From positions 682,001-746,000 of the forward strand of contig CBFDEM010000047.1 of the NCBI GenBank assembly GCA_965603825.1: DNA of 64,000 nt, written 5' to 3'. The translations under genes and the position numbers were made by a program. Positions 1 through 11,947 of the stretch are shown here, piece after piece. Every line of letters starts with the position of its first letter. The stretch's first letter is position 1. The notes under the pieces are model-generated. The model was not told where the DNA came from, did no database searches, and worked only from the letters and a program-made list of their open reading frames with translations. This stretch comes from Blepharisma stoltei ATCC 30299 (Eukaryota > Protista > Ciliophora).

Positions 1-906
1 AGCTATATACAAAATCAGGCAAATTCTGCATATATCGAGCTTTACCAATCCTCTCTAAATAGACTGTCTACTTATCATAATTATTGTTCAGAACAAGACG
101 AAATTGAAATTCGAAAGAAGAAGAAAAAAATAAAGCCGAATGGTTTTAAAACAAAAATTTACATAAAGTTTATAGGACTTTGTGCAATTATTGTAGTATT
201 GACGTCAGTTTATTATTTTGTGGTTGGGTATATATTTTATCCTTTATGCAAAGAAAATCTGGTTAAGCGCTATATTTTGCTTGGGGCTTTTTTGCATAGA
301 ATTTCTGTAGTTTCTGAGATGACATACTGGACTAGTGAATTAGCCTTCCATGGTGATGATTCTTTTAGAACAAATTCCGGCTTAGAATATCCATTTTCCG
401 ACCCTGACACTATGTTTGGCGACTCAATCTTTCGATTTAACCTTTTAAGCAAAATTATTATTGATCCATCCTATAGAAACATGTACTCAAAGACCCTAAA
501 ATGAAAATTTTTTGAAGGGAATTCAAAAGACGTTGACTCAATTTTTGCACAAGGGACTTATGCAGCTTCAAATGCGCTGGTTTTTGATGCATCGTTTATG
601 TCTTTTTCTAATGCCGATAATTTAGACTTAAGGATGACGAAATTTATACAAAGAATGAGTTCTCTTCAAGGATCAATTCAAGAGAGAACTATAGTTGTAG
701 ACCATGATTCAAGGTTTTATGTCGAAAATCAGTTCAATTCTTTTTTCTTTATTACTATTTGGTATTGCGGGTTTTGCTTGGTTTTATTTTTGTGCTTGTA
801 TTCGCCTATGATAAATAGAGAAAAAAGAAAATTGAATAAATTGCAGGAAATATCAGCATTGATACCTCCTTCTTTAGATAATAAAAATAAAAGCAATAAT
901 AAATAA
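1..906 (+). CDS. 3' part of TmcB-like multi-pass membrane protein (tandem paralogue of 1410-5643), 5'-truncated by window edge
   Basis: Frame open from base 1 with one in-frame TGA (502-504) to TAA at 904-906. Translation (SYIQNQANSAYIELYQ...YPLCKENLVKRY...EKRKLNKLQEISALIP) aligns with the C-terminus of the next gene. Confidence 0.85.
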
Positions 907-1409
907 CGAAAAAATAGAAAATCATAAAATTAGATCATGGGACACTTTTAGTAAGCCCTTTCATTCAGTTCACATGTGCAAGCTGCAAAAAATTGTAAGA
1001 CAACCTCAATCTATAAATAGGTATAATAATAGAGATATATAGACTTAACGATTGTTTTTATTTTAAAAGAGAATGCATTATACCCTTATACCAATTGTTT
1101 AAAAACAACTTCTTTGTAATCATAATTTTGATAGATAAATATTAGGCAATTTCATATTAGAATGCTCTCATTTATTATGTTTGTAAAATTTTTATATTAA
1201 GTAAATTTAGATAAAATTTTATATGTATTTAAAATTGATTAACTTTAGATATAGTCTATTTTCTAATAAAAAATATGATGCAAGCTGCTTAAGGCAATAA
1301 ATGAAAATTCATAGTTAAGAAAATTAAAAACAGTTTCTTCTCATATGAAGCTTAATAAAATTGATAGCTTATAAATAAATTTGTTCCTTAATAAAATACT
1401 GATTTAATT

Positions 1410-4400
1410 ATGGCTGAAGAAATGAATGATGGGCTTGCTCTTCGAACTAATTCATTTGAAAACTCACATTCTTTTGCCAATTTTGCATTAAAAATAGTAA
1501 AAGAGTCTATATTTGGAGGATTTTGTTGTCTTTCTATAGCAAAAAAAAAGACTGTCTACAATCTATCCATACAAAAATTTGTGAAAATCTTGAAAAGTAT
1601 AATTATTTTTTTACAAATATCTCGGCTAAATTGAAAAATTGATGCAGACCCAGAAAATCAAAAGCTAGAGCATTGGAAAATCCTTGGATATGCGAGCTTT
1701 GACCAAATTTTTGTTGATTTTGGAAATTTAAGCCTTTGTTTTATAGGATTTTCTATTATAGTATGGATATGTACACTGTTTATTGTAATTTTTTCACTTA
1801 TGAGCCACTATAAGAAAAATATAAGCGAATATTTAACTTTTTTCCCAAAATTGCTGGTTATATTTTTGGCAACAATAGGATATATTCCTTTCCTATTGAT
1901 TTTTTTACTAACAATAAAATATTCAGTTAAGGATCAAAATATAGTCGAGGAGTTTTGAAAATGTGAGAACTGCAATTTAAATTTATAGGAGTTTTCCTAT
2001 AGGAGCATTTGGAATATTATCTTCAATTTTCAGCTTAATTTGTTTGGTTGCTATATCATATGGAGAAAAAATTTTTTGTGCCAATTTGAGACATTCTTTT
2101 AAAAATCAAAATTTAAGCACAAAATCCCATTCAACATTGAGCATCCAAACCAATTTGTTTTATTTTGCAGTAGTTATTGTTTATGTTTTCTTTAATTCTT
2201 ACAGCGACTATCCCCATCAATATTTGCTTATTATCTATCCTGTCATTCTTATTTACAAGTATATTAAATATATCCCTTTTTATAATTCAATAGTAAATGA
2301 AACCGCTATTGCCAAAAATGCAGGAATTGCTTTAACAGCTGGAATTTTTCTATTTGGAAATATTGTAGGTAATGATTATATTACAATATGACTGTTTTGG
2401 ATTGCTATGCCTATTAATACCTATTTTATTTTATATTTTGCAAAAAATAAAATCAGATTAAATCTAGGCAAAAGTAAAGAAACCATGAAGAATCAGTATG
2501 AGGTTGAATGATTTTTGAGGTCAAAATTATCTGCTAAAGGAGATTTTGATGCTACAGATATATTAAAAAAGTTTTCTGGTTCTTTAGAAATTGAAGGATT
2601 TTATTCTGATAAGCTATTTACTGTATGGGAAGCTTATTATTGCATTGACGTGCTATCAGATGAAAGACTGGCCAGAATCAAGCTAAATAAAGCGGTTTCT
2701 ATGAGGTCAACCCTTGAAGGAGATTTTCAAGTCTGAAAATGCAAAATATTATTAGAAGAACACTCAATAGGGTTTTATGAAGATATAAGCACGCTTTACT
2801 ATATTTTACAATTAGAAAATATTAAGAAAAAAGATGAAATTTTATGCAATAAATTTCTTGATTTTTGAGCAGAAATTACATCTGATAAACCGATGATGGC
2901 AAAACTTCAACATTTTTCAGGAGAAATATCAAGGAAATTAGATGAAGTAAAAAAGGGATATTCAGATTTAGTGAAAAGCTTTCCAAATAATATTTATTGC
3001 CATGAGCTTTATGGATCTTTATTAATGGATATTCTTAAAAACAACGAGATTGGATTTAAACTTTTGAGCCGAAAAAATGGTCTAATGTCAATCCAAAAAG
3101 AAGCCTCAAAATCTAAATTTTGGAAATTTTCTGAAATTAATGGCTTTCTAATTGTATCTGCTAACCCAGAATTATTTGGGACAATAATCTATGCAAATTT
3201 ACCTGCAGGCCAAATTCTATCACAGCCAGTAAGCCGAATTATTGGATCAAAGCTGAGCAGCTATATTCCTGAGCCATTTTCTGAACAGCATGATAAATAT
3301 TTAAAAAAATTTCTATCAAATTGTACAAACCCTGACGTCGAGCCTAAAATGTCTTATTTTCTAAAAAACGAAAGAGGCTATTTAGTAGGCTGTGACTTTA
3401 AAATAACCCTTATTTCTTTAGTCGAACATATTTATTTTTTTATTTCATTGAACCCCAATGTAAAACACAGAGAATTTGCTTTAGTTTCTGATTATGGTCA
3501 AATTTATGCATACAGTGAATTATTTCCACAAATTATTGGTAATAATAAAATAAGCCTAGCCAATCAGTTTGCAGATAAAATAATTCCTGGGGTAGAATGT
3601 TTAGCAATGAAACCTCTTGAACCGTTACTTATTTCGATTAATTCCAAAGAAATTTTGCTTGTAAAAATCACGCATATAGTTTTGAAGTCTTCGTTTACAT
3701 TTTTAGTTCTTATTGATGATTATAGTGAAATTGAAGCTTGAAAAAGAGGAGAAGACACAATACAAAAAAGAGAAAACAAATATAAAAATGAAAATAATTT
3801 AACAAATGATGTGAAAAAGAATAAAAGTCTCAGTAGAAGCCCAAAGAATCATCATAGGCTATCTGCTTTTTATTCAGTAGCAGAAATAGGGTATACGATA
3901 GAAAATGAAAAAAATAAAGAACAAGAAAATATCAAAACTCCATTTACAGCAGCAGAAAGCACTTTAGCATATAATGCTGGTTTAGGTAATTAATATATAG
4001 GTATTAGTCAAATTACAGTAAAAGAATCTGAGAATATGCTGAGGTTCTTCAAGTGAATATTACTTTTCTCAGTAAAATCCAATTAGATTTTGGCTATTAT
4101 TAGTATGAATATAATAATTTTGACATACATTAATCAGCAAATAACCCATTCAAATGACCTCACCACTGTTAAAGATATTGCAGGAATTATGCAAGAAATT
4201 TCTGTAGAAGCTTATCTGTCATATACAATAGACTTATGCCACATTCATTCTACTTTGAACTGCTCTTACTATAAAGACCAACTTAGTGCCAGCTTAGAAA
4301 GGCTGCGAGCACTGCAACTTACCATTATAGACGACTATAGCAAATGAAGCTATTGTGCCCATTCAACAATAGTGACAGAAGAAATTGTTCCAGTATACAA

Positions 4401-5643
4401 CCCTGACCAATCAGACTATGTGACATTTTTAAATCTCTATGGTTTTGTATCAGAAATCCTTAAGCATGTATTTTTAATATAGGGATATTCGTTTCTTAAT
4501 GAAGCTGATTATAGTAAAAATCAATCTTATGATGAGTTATTTTTGATAAATAATGGACTAGGAGGCGCATCCATAATGTTAAATTCTTCGTTTCAAGGAC
4601 TCTTAAACTGTGAAACTGAGAGACTAAATCAAAATGAAAACATCACTATGATTTTTGTATATGCAAGCCAAATATTTGTATGGATATTAAGCTTAATCTT
4701 TGTGATATTTTCTTTCAAATTTAATAAACTGCATGATAAGCTTTGAAATTATATACAAAAGCAAGCAAATTCTACATATTTCGAGCTGCACCAGGCATGC
4801 ACAAATAGATTGTCTTCATTTCATAATTATTCATCTGACCAAGAAGAGCTTGAAATCAAAAAAAGAAAAAATCCTAAACCGTTTATATTGAAAACCAAAT
4901 TATACATTAAATTCACATGTATTTGTTCGGTTATCGTAATAGTAACATCAGTATATTATTTTTCCATTGAATTTATATTTTATCCTTCATGCAGAGAAAA
5001 TTTACTTAAAAGATATTTATTATTTGAGGCATTTTTATATAGAGTCCCTGTAATTTCTGAAATTATTTTTTGGACTATTAACCTAGCATATCACGGTGGA
5101 GAATCTGTGCAAAAAATAAATGGCTTAGAATACCCATTCCAGGCTTCTGGAATTATGCTAGAATCAGCCATATACAGATTTAACCTGCTAAGCAGCATTA
5201 TTGTGAACCCTTCTAATTATGGTATGTATTCAGACGATATAAAATTCAAATTCTTTGAAGGAAATACAAACCCAGACCCAGTATATGCCCAAGGTACTTT
5301 TATGGCAGCAGGTGTGCTACTTATGGACGCAAATTATATTTCTTATACTAATTCTAATGATATAAGCACTCTTTTACCAAAGTTTATCCAAAGATGGATA
5401 ACGTTTCAAGCAATGGTCTTATCAAGGATATCTATAATTGATAATGATTCCAAAATTTATGTACAAAATCAATTAAACACGGTATTTTTGGCGACTTTTT
5501 TATTTTCTGGGACTTGCTTTGGGCTATATTTTTTCTTGTATTTGCCTTTTATTAGGATAGAAAAACGAAAATTGAGAAAATTAAAAGAAATTTCTGCTAT
5601 GATTCCTCAAGCTTTTGATATGAAATTTAAAAGAAATAATTAA
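1410..5643 (+). CDS. TmcB/TmcC-like (tiny macrocysts) PAS-domain multi-pass membrane protein, ~1395 aa, one unresolved frameshift near 1983
   Basis: ORF fragments join via in-frame TGA=Trp and three 15-nt introns (3986-4000, 4072-4086, 4468-4482). N-terminal TM helices, PAS motif GTIIYANLPAGQIL...IGSKLSSYIPEPFSEQHDKYL, C-terminal TM helices. The frame changes by +1 between ~1980 and 1986. Confidence 0.75.
3986..4000 (+). other. 15-nt spliceosomal intron GTAATTAATATATAG
   Basis: GT..AG, A six nt from the 3' end; removal deletes an in-frame TAA. Confidence 0.9.
4072..4086 (+). other. 15-nt intron GTAAAATCCAATTAG
   Basis: GT..AG, A at -6; removes an in-frame TAG. Confidence 0.9.
4468..4482 (+). 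other. 15-nt intron GTATTTTTAATATAG
   Basis: GT..AG, A at -6; removes an in-frame TAG. Confidence 0.9.
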
Positions 5644-5652
5644 TTTTAAGGA

Positions 5653-6441
5653 TTAGAATGCCCTAAATTTGTATTTCAGATATAAAATAGCTCATGGAGG
5701 AAAAATAGGGATATTTGGCTTTTCGTTTTCTGCAATTGCATTTAGAGCTAGCTGGAATTCTTCTTCTTTGCTAATTATTAAATCTTCCTTTGAGAAGCTT
5801 CCAGCTAATAAACTGTCGTATTCCATAATTTTATTGATATGAGAGCAAGCATCTTCATTTGGTAATCCAAAATTATTATTTTCAATTTCTTTTAGAGGCA
5901 TTTTTTCTTCTTTTTCATTTAAAATAGTTAATCTTCTAGGATTTTCATATAAATTATCAACGTCAAATGCTGAATTTTCTGAAAAAGATGTAGCCCCATA
6001 TTGAGATTGAGGGTAATTATCAACTAAATTTAAATACTTAATTTTCCATATCAAACTGTTTATCATTGGATTATCTTCGATAGGAATCGGTTCAATTCTT
6101 TCCTTAGTACAAGATTCAGAATTTACAGTCGCTTTAAGTATAGTGAGAATAATTTTTGACTGATTTTGTAGAGCCATTGTTCAATGAAGAATTTTAATTT
6201 GGCTTGGATTTGGCAGTGAAAGACGAGAATTAATCAATATTTCGACTTGATAAAAGCCATCTGAAATATATTGGCCATTTAAGCTTGCATTAAATACTAG
6301 TGTGCATGGATCATCATTCATTAAGGTTTCGCCAATTAAAGGGTTGTTTACATCTTCATAAGGATAAACTCCTGGGTCACTATTTAGATGCTTTATCTCT
6401 AAAAATCTTGAAATCAAATAAGGCAGGCGGGAAACAGCCAT
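5653..6441 (-). CDS. Hypothetical protein, 262 aa
   Basis: Track ORFs 6181-6441 and 5692-6177 are in one frame, joined by TGA=Trp. Reading through a second TGA (5692-5694) ends at TAA 5653-5655. No family recognised. Confidence 0.75.
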
Positions 6442-6863
6442 TTATTACTTGATTTGTAAGCTGCTTGTATATTAAATATATAAGGAAAAATTGTTACAAT
6501 AATAATTAAATTACCATAGTAAACTTTCTTTTTGGCATATTTTTAATTAAGAATAAGATAGAAATACAAAGGAAAATCCAATTATATAGGCTTTATTGTA
6601 AAACTGAGTATTTTAGGTTGAATTCCCCTTATCCCTGCAGTTTCTCTTCTATGTAACTGTTAATTATTTCTAAAATATTTCATCAATTAATCAATTGGTT
6701 TTGAGTAAATAACCTGGAAAAATTTCCTAAGCATTAAAGCTAAAATAACCATTTCAAGCATGATTTATAATCGCTGAAAAATAAAAAACCTTAAACACAA
6801 ATGCTCTTGACATATAATTGTCAGAATACAAAATCTATTAAAATTCGTGGCGCAAATAATAAA

Positions 6864-9284
6864 ATGGGTCTTATGAGATCTGAAACAATGGGTTACTACA
6901 CCCTCATCATGCAAGCAGACATGGGATGGAGGATCCTAAATCACCTTGGCAAGCTTTCAGTGCTCCAATTCGTTGATCTTAACTCCAATCAAATAATTTT
7001 CAATCGTCGCTACGCTTCATATATTCGTAGATGTGAAGAAGCAGAACGAAGAATTCGTCTCATAATGACTGAGCTTGAGCGGTTTAATATAAAAATCACC
7101 TATCCTAAAAATGCACATGAAGTTTTAGATCAGCTTGATAATGAGCTTGAAGTTACCAATACTCCAGCACAAGCTATCTTTGAAAATTTGGAATCAGATC
7201 TTGAGAAAATCGAAAAAAGCCTCAATAATCAGATAAGAAATTATGAAGATTTCCAGTCTCACTTCAATGGACTTATAGAAAAAAGGCTTGTCCTAAAGCA
7301 AGCAAAATCTGTGTTTGGCATTGAAGGGCAATTCTCAATTTTCAAAAAAATCGGAGGCATAATTGATAAAGCTGATATTATAAGATTCAAAAAAATGATC
7401 TTGAGGACAACTAGAGGAAATACCCTGGATTTATTTTATGATATTGAAGAGCTTATAAAAGACCCAAAAACCAATAAAAATATTGAAAAATCTGTTTTTT
7501 TTATTCTTTATAAAGGAGATGACCAATCAGCGATGAGCCAAAGACTAGCTAAAGTTTGTGACACAGTAGGCTGTAAAAGGTATGATATCCCTGCTGATCA
7601 AGAACAAATTGCAGCCGATTTTATGCACAATGAAAACGAAATTAACACCAATATAGAAGTGTCTAGCAGAACTAAAGAAAATATTTTAACAATACTTGAA
7701 AGAATGGCTGCACCTAGAAATAGTGAAACTGATTGCTCTTATATAGAAGAACAGCGGCTTTTTGTGCTAAAAGAAAAAGCAATTTATCACAATTTGAATA
7801 TGTTTAATTTGAAAAATAATATTTTTTGCGGAAACTGTTGGTGTCCGAAGTCACAGGAACAAAAAATTATAAATATTCTTGATGAAATGGCAAAAACTCC
7901 TGGAACTGTGCCGGGGCAACTTAGAGAAGCAGAAAATCCTCCTGAAAATGACACACCTCCGACGTATTTTAGGCTTAATGATTTTACAGCGCCTTTTCAA
8001 GAAATTGTGAATTTATATGGAGTTCCCTGCTATCAAGAAGCAAATCCGGCCTTTTTCACGTGTGTGACTTTTCCTTTCTTATTTGGGATTATGTTTGGAG
8101 ACATAGGTCATGGGCTGCTATGGGTCCTTTTTGCATGCTATTTAATTTACTCAAGAAAAAGCATTGAAAAATCAGAAAGTCTTTTTAAGCCTGCTATCCC
8201 AGCGCGATATTTATTCTTATTGATGGGGTTATTTGCTACTTATTGTGGATTTATTTACAACGATTTTCTTGGAGTTCCACTTAATTTATTTGGATCTCGA
8301 TGGTCAGAAAATCCAAAATATGGCCAATATACTCAAGACTCTATTTATCCGATAGGTTTAGATCCAAGCTGGTATAGAGCTGATAATGAGCTTGCGTTTT
8401 TTAATAGCTTTAAAATGAAAATTTCTGTAATTTTTGGGGTTATACAAATGATTGCAGGAAACATGTTTAGAGGCGCAAATGCAATTTATTTTAAAAATAG
8501 AACAAATTTCTTTTTTGAATTTATTCCTCAGCTAGTTTTTATGGTATGCATTTTTGGATATATGATATTGATGATTTTCATCAAATGGGTAACTGATTGG
8601 CGTTATAATTGGGATAACACGGCACCTAATATCATAACTATCCTTATGAACATGATTTTGAAATTCGGATCCTTATCAGAGTCACAACCTCTATGGGGAG
8701 ACAAACAAGGCCAAGAAGATCTCCAATTTTACTTATTATCAATTGCTCTTATATGCGTTCCACTTATGCTGATTCCAAAACCATTTATTTTAAAGCACGT
8801 TCACGAGCAAGAGGAAAAAGAAAATTCCAAAAAAACAGCCCATAGTGCTGGATATGTAGAAATAGGAGAAGACGACCGACCAATAGTGAAAAAACACAGT
8901 GAGCACAAAAAGTTTGACCTTAGTGAAGAATTAATTAATCAAATGATAGAGACTATTGAATACGTCTTAGGAGCTATCAGCAACACTGCTTCCTATTTAA
9001 GGCTGTGGGCTTTATCACTTGCCCATGGGCAGCTTGCCAAAGTTTTTTTTAAGATGTGCTTAATAGGCTCAATTGAATCTGGTCTTGTCCCAATAATATT
9101 CATAGGGTTTTTAGTTTTTGCGAATGTGACTGTAGGAGTTTTGATGATGATGGACGCTATGGAATGTTCGCTGCATACATTGAGGCTTCATTGGGTGGAG
9201 TTTCAGAGCAAATTCTATAAGGGAGAGGGGATTAAATTTGATCCCTTTTCATTTCAAGCCATAATAGCGAAATCTAAGAGATAA
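6864..9284 (+). CDS. ATP6V0A: V-type H+-ATPase V0 subunit a, 806 aa
   Basis: Starts MGLMRSETM (family N-terminus). Motifs PPTYFRLNDFT, FPFLFGIMFGDIGHG, ISNTASYLRLWALSLAH (essential Arg), LHTLRLHWVEFQSKFY. Confidence 0.97.
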   Translation: MGLMRSETMGYYTLIMQADMGWRILNHLGKLSVLQFVDLNSNQIIFNRRYASYIRRCEEAERRIRLIMTELERFNIKITYPKNAHEVLDQLDNELEVTNTPAQAIFENLESDLEKIEKSLNNQIRNYEDFQSHFNGLIEKRLVLKQAKSVFGIEGQFSIFKKIGGIIDKADIIRFKKMILRTTRGNTLDLFYDIEELIKDPKTNKNIEKSVFFILYKGDDQSAMSQRLAKVCDTVGCKRYDIPADQEQIAADFMHNENEINTNIEVSSRTKENILTILERMAAPRNSETDCSYIEEQRLFVLKEKAIYHNLNMFNLKNNIFCGNCWCPKSQEQKIINILDEMAKTPGTVPGQLREAENPPENDTPPTYFRLNDFTAPFQEIVNLYGVPCYQEANPAFFTCVTFPFLFGIMFGDIGHGLLWVLFACYLIYSRKSIEKSESLFKPAIPARYLFLLMGLFATYCGFIYNDFLGVPLNLFGSRWSENPKYGQYTQDSIYPIGLDPSWYRADNELAFFNSFKMKISVIFGVIQMIAGNMFRGANAIYFKNRTNFFFEFIPQLVFMVCIFGYMILMIFIKWVTDWRYNWDNTAPNIITILMNMILKFGSLSESQPLWGDKQGQEDLQFYLLSIALICVPLMLIPKPFILKHVHEQEEKENSKKTAHSAGYVEIGEDDRPIVKKHSEHKKFDLSEELINQMIETIEYVLGAISNTASYLRLWALSLAHGQLAKVFFKMCLIGSIESGLVPIIFIGFLVFANVTVGVLMMMDAMECSLHTLRLHWVEFQSKFYKGEGIKFDPFSFQAIIAKSKR

Positions 9285-9326
9285 TTACTTAATTTAGGAT
9301 TTTAATAGAATATGATTAAAAACCAT

Positions 9327-10524
9327 TTAAACTAAATCCTTGCGAGGTTTTTCAGTAACTGTATATCTTGTGGTAATATTCCTTAAATTTTTCATGTTAT
9401 CGAAAAGCATTTCTTCGATTTCATCTCTTTCTTCTTCTTTCTGAGCTGGTTCTCTGTATTAATATTACAGTTTTACTCTTAGCCTTTCTATTTCGCTTTC
9501 AAGGAAATCGCTGCATTAAAATTTACTTTTTCTTACTAAGTAATTGAATATTTTTATTGAGTTCATTTTCATCTTTTTTTTGATTTGATTCTTCCTCTTC
9601 TATCCTTTCCCTTATCTCTTTAAGCTCATCAATTTTATCTTTTAAATGATCCCTAAATGTTTTTTACTCTTTTTTGTCTAATTCTTTCATTGCTAGCTCT
9701 TTTATTATGCCTTCTTTCTCATACTTCAGCCTTTCCAATACTTCATTGAGCTCTTCCACATTATTTTCTATTTTTTCAATATCTTGCTTTCTTGATTTAT
9801 TTTTTGCTTTTGCCTTTTTTATTTTTTCATTTAATTTATTTTCGCTTTCTTCAGAGTAATTAGCATCCTGGTCTTTTTTAGAATTTTTTTCTTTGAGTTC
9901 ATGATTCTCATGTGAGAGGTCTTCAAGGGTTTTTTCTGATTTTTCACACTGAGTTTTAAGCTCTGTGAGGACATGTTGAGTTTCCTCAGATAATAAAACT
10001 TCTTGTTGTGGCTCTTCTAATTGTTGTGGATCTTCAACTGCTTCATTTCCTATTGTTGATCCCATCATGGTTGATGATAATGTGGCTGCTCCTAAGCTTT
10101 CAGCTTTTACAGAAATACAAATTTTCGCGTTCTTGTCTTTGCATTTTTCGATTCTGTGGACTTGTTCAATGACTGGAGCGTCTAAGTATTCAACAAGATT
10201 TAAAACAACTTTTCCAATATCTTTGATTTTTCCATTAATCTCGCCAAGGACTTTTAGCTCGATTTTTTTATCAGGAATCGAGTGCTTTTTAGTATAAATC
10301 GTATGGGTGTTTGATAATGTTTCCTCGATATCCACCTTAGTTTTATCGTTGTCTACTACTATTTCACTAGATGTTTTGATTGATTTTGTGTCTATATAAA
10401 TCTTACGGCTTTTTCATTCAACTTTTATATGAGTTTCTTGAGGTAATTCAATTTCAATGTAGTGAAATTCAATTTCAAAATTAAATTTCACTCCTTTTGC
10501 TCCAAGTCTTTCAAAAATATCCAT
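9327..10524 (-). CDS. N-terminal C2 (NT-C2/EEIG1-like) domain + coiled-coil protein, ~378 aa, four tiny introns
   Basis: ATG 10524 gives MDIFERLGAKGVKFNFEIEFH...KVEW(TGA)K; NT-C2-like IGKVVLNLVEY...KCKDKNAKICISVK, then heptad-rich tail. Introns 10392-10406, 9653-9667, 9511-9526 and 9454-9468 give a continuous frame to TAA 9327-9329. Confidence 0.8.
9454..9468 (-). other. 15-nt intron GTAATATTAATACAG
   Basis: GT..AG, A at -6; removes in-frame TAA codons. Confidence 0.85.
9511..9526 (-). other. 16-nt intron GTAAATTTTAATGCAG
   Basis: GT..AG, A at -6; removal restores the coiled-coil frame (NDFLESEIERLRVKL). Confidence 0.8.
9653..9667 (-). other. 15-nt intron GTAAAAAACATTTAG
   Basis: GT..AG, A at -6; removes an in-frame TAA. 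Confidence 0.85.
10392..10406 (-). other. Probable 15-nt intron GTAAGATTTATATAG (no in-frame stop)
   Basis: Perfect match to the consensus, but the frame is open whether spliced or not. Confidence 0.65.
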
Positions 10525-10973
10525 TATTTATTTGCAAGTCATATAATTAGGATATGCAAAATTATGTTTTTTAGCTCTTTAAAAGTTATCAATCTATACA
10601 ATCTACGGCACTCTTAGCTCTATGTTTTGGCATATTTGTAAAATGAAATCGCCATAAGATCTTGACTCTTCATCATGAATAAAAGACAAAAGTAGAAATT
10701 ATATTGTGTTGGGTTGAATCCACAAAATATTCCCTTTTATTATATAATTAGACAATGGCCGACCTTGTTCTTAGACAACTGTATAAATCATTTAATGGCC
10801 CTATCCATGCTCCTATATAACTAATAATAACAGCGCAGGCACCCTAAAATTAAATTTTCGGCCTATATGCAAAAATTACAAAAATATTACTTGGAGGCTT
10901 TTGATTATTTAATAATGTCCAATCAATTAGAAAGCATCAAAAATATTTATAATTATAATTAATTGAAACAAAA

Positions 10974-11891
10974 ATGTCAACTCTCAGCGTATTCTCATCT
11001 ATTATGAGCAAATTCATGGACTCGCAAATACTGGAAGAAGGCAATTACTCAAATCTGGACAACAATAAGCATGCATGATATAGATCAAGAGATTTCACAA
11101 ATGAAGAAGAATCAGAGCCTGCAAAATACCAAAAGCTTACTGATGAAAACGAGTCGCTAAGGAATATTATGAATCAAAAAGACTCCGAGCTTAAAGAATG
11201 CTATAAAAGAATAGATACATTAGAAAAGTGAATGCAAAATGAAATAGTAGAACTAAATAAAAAAATAAAAGATCTTAGCAGTAATGAAGGGGAAGAGCTG
11301 GCTCCACTTCTAGAACAGTTTAAAGTCGGATTAATAGAGAGGGATGAAGATATCCAAGAAAGACTTTTTCTTCTTGAAGAAGAAGTTTTCTCATCAAAAA
11401 ACTTAAGCTCGAATGACAAAGAAAACAAAAAGCCAATAGCAAAAACTGCTGACTCCGAGGAATGTAAAAAAACAATTTTAAATTCAACAGAAGAAGAACC
11501 ATCCTCAAGCAGAAGAAAAAGACCAACTCCTGGCGAAAAGTCTAAAAGAACAAAAGCTAAGCCTAGAAGACCTGCCAGATCTCGTAGGCTAAAGCCTATT
11601 ATTTCAGACGATGATTTATCTGATGTATCAAGTGAAGAAGAAAGCGAAGATAGTTTTCCAGCTCCAAAGAAAACAAAGAAAAAAATGCCAGCTAATGGCG
11701 AAAAAAATAAAAAAGTTAAAGAAAAGCCAATTGAAGAACAAAAGACTGATGTTTCTAAAGGAAAAATACCTGATGAGGAACCTCCAAAGAAAAAGCCAAT
11801 AAAACGGCCCAATGAGTCGGTTGAATTAATAGAAGAATGCACTGAGGAAGATTGGAATAAAGCGGCATGGAGTAGAATTCTTAAGAAATAA
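10974..11891 (+). CDS. Coiled-coil protein with Lys/Arg- and acidic low-complexity C-terminus (likely nuclear), 305 aa
   Basis: ATG 10974 is in frame with track ORF 11232-11891 through two TGA=Trp codons. Basic clusters RRKRP and PKKTKKK. Confidence 0.75.
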
Positions 11892-11947
11892 AGGTTAATT
11901 TAATAAATATATATAAAGCATCTTTTCCATAAAAATACAATTTATTA

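Noticed and set aside
6801-6863. Track start codons upstream of the chosen ATGs (also 16754, 19371, 38110, 43169, 49473)
   Set aside because: The extensions are AT-rich UTR-like sequence and often begin at TTG/GTG. Downstream ATGs match family or paralogue N-termini where available.
11201-11842. 213-aa minus-strand ORF and the many other short antisense/overlapping ORFs in the track
   Set aside because: They are shadows of real genes on the opposite strand or frame, with no independent motifs.
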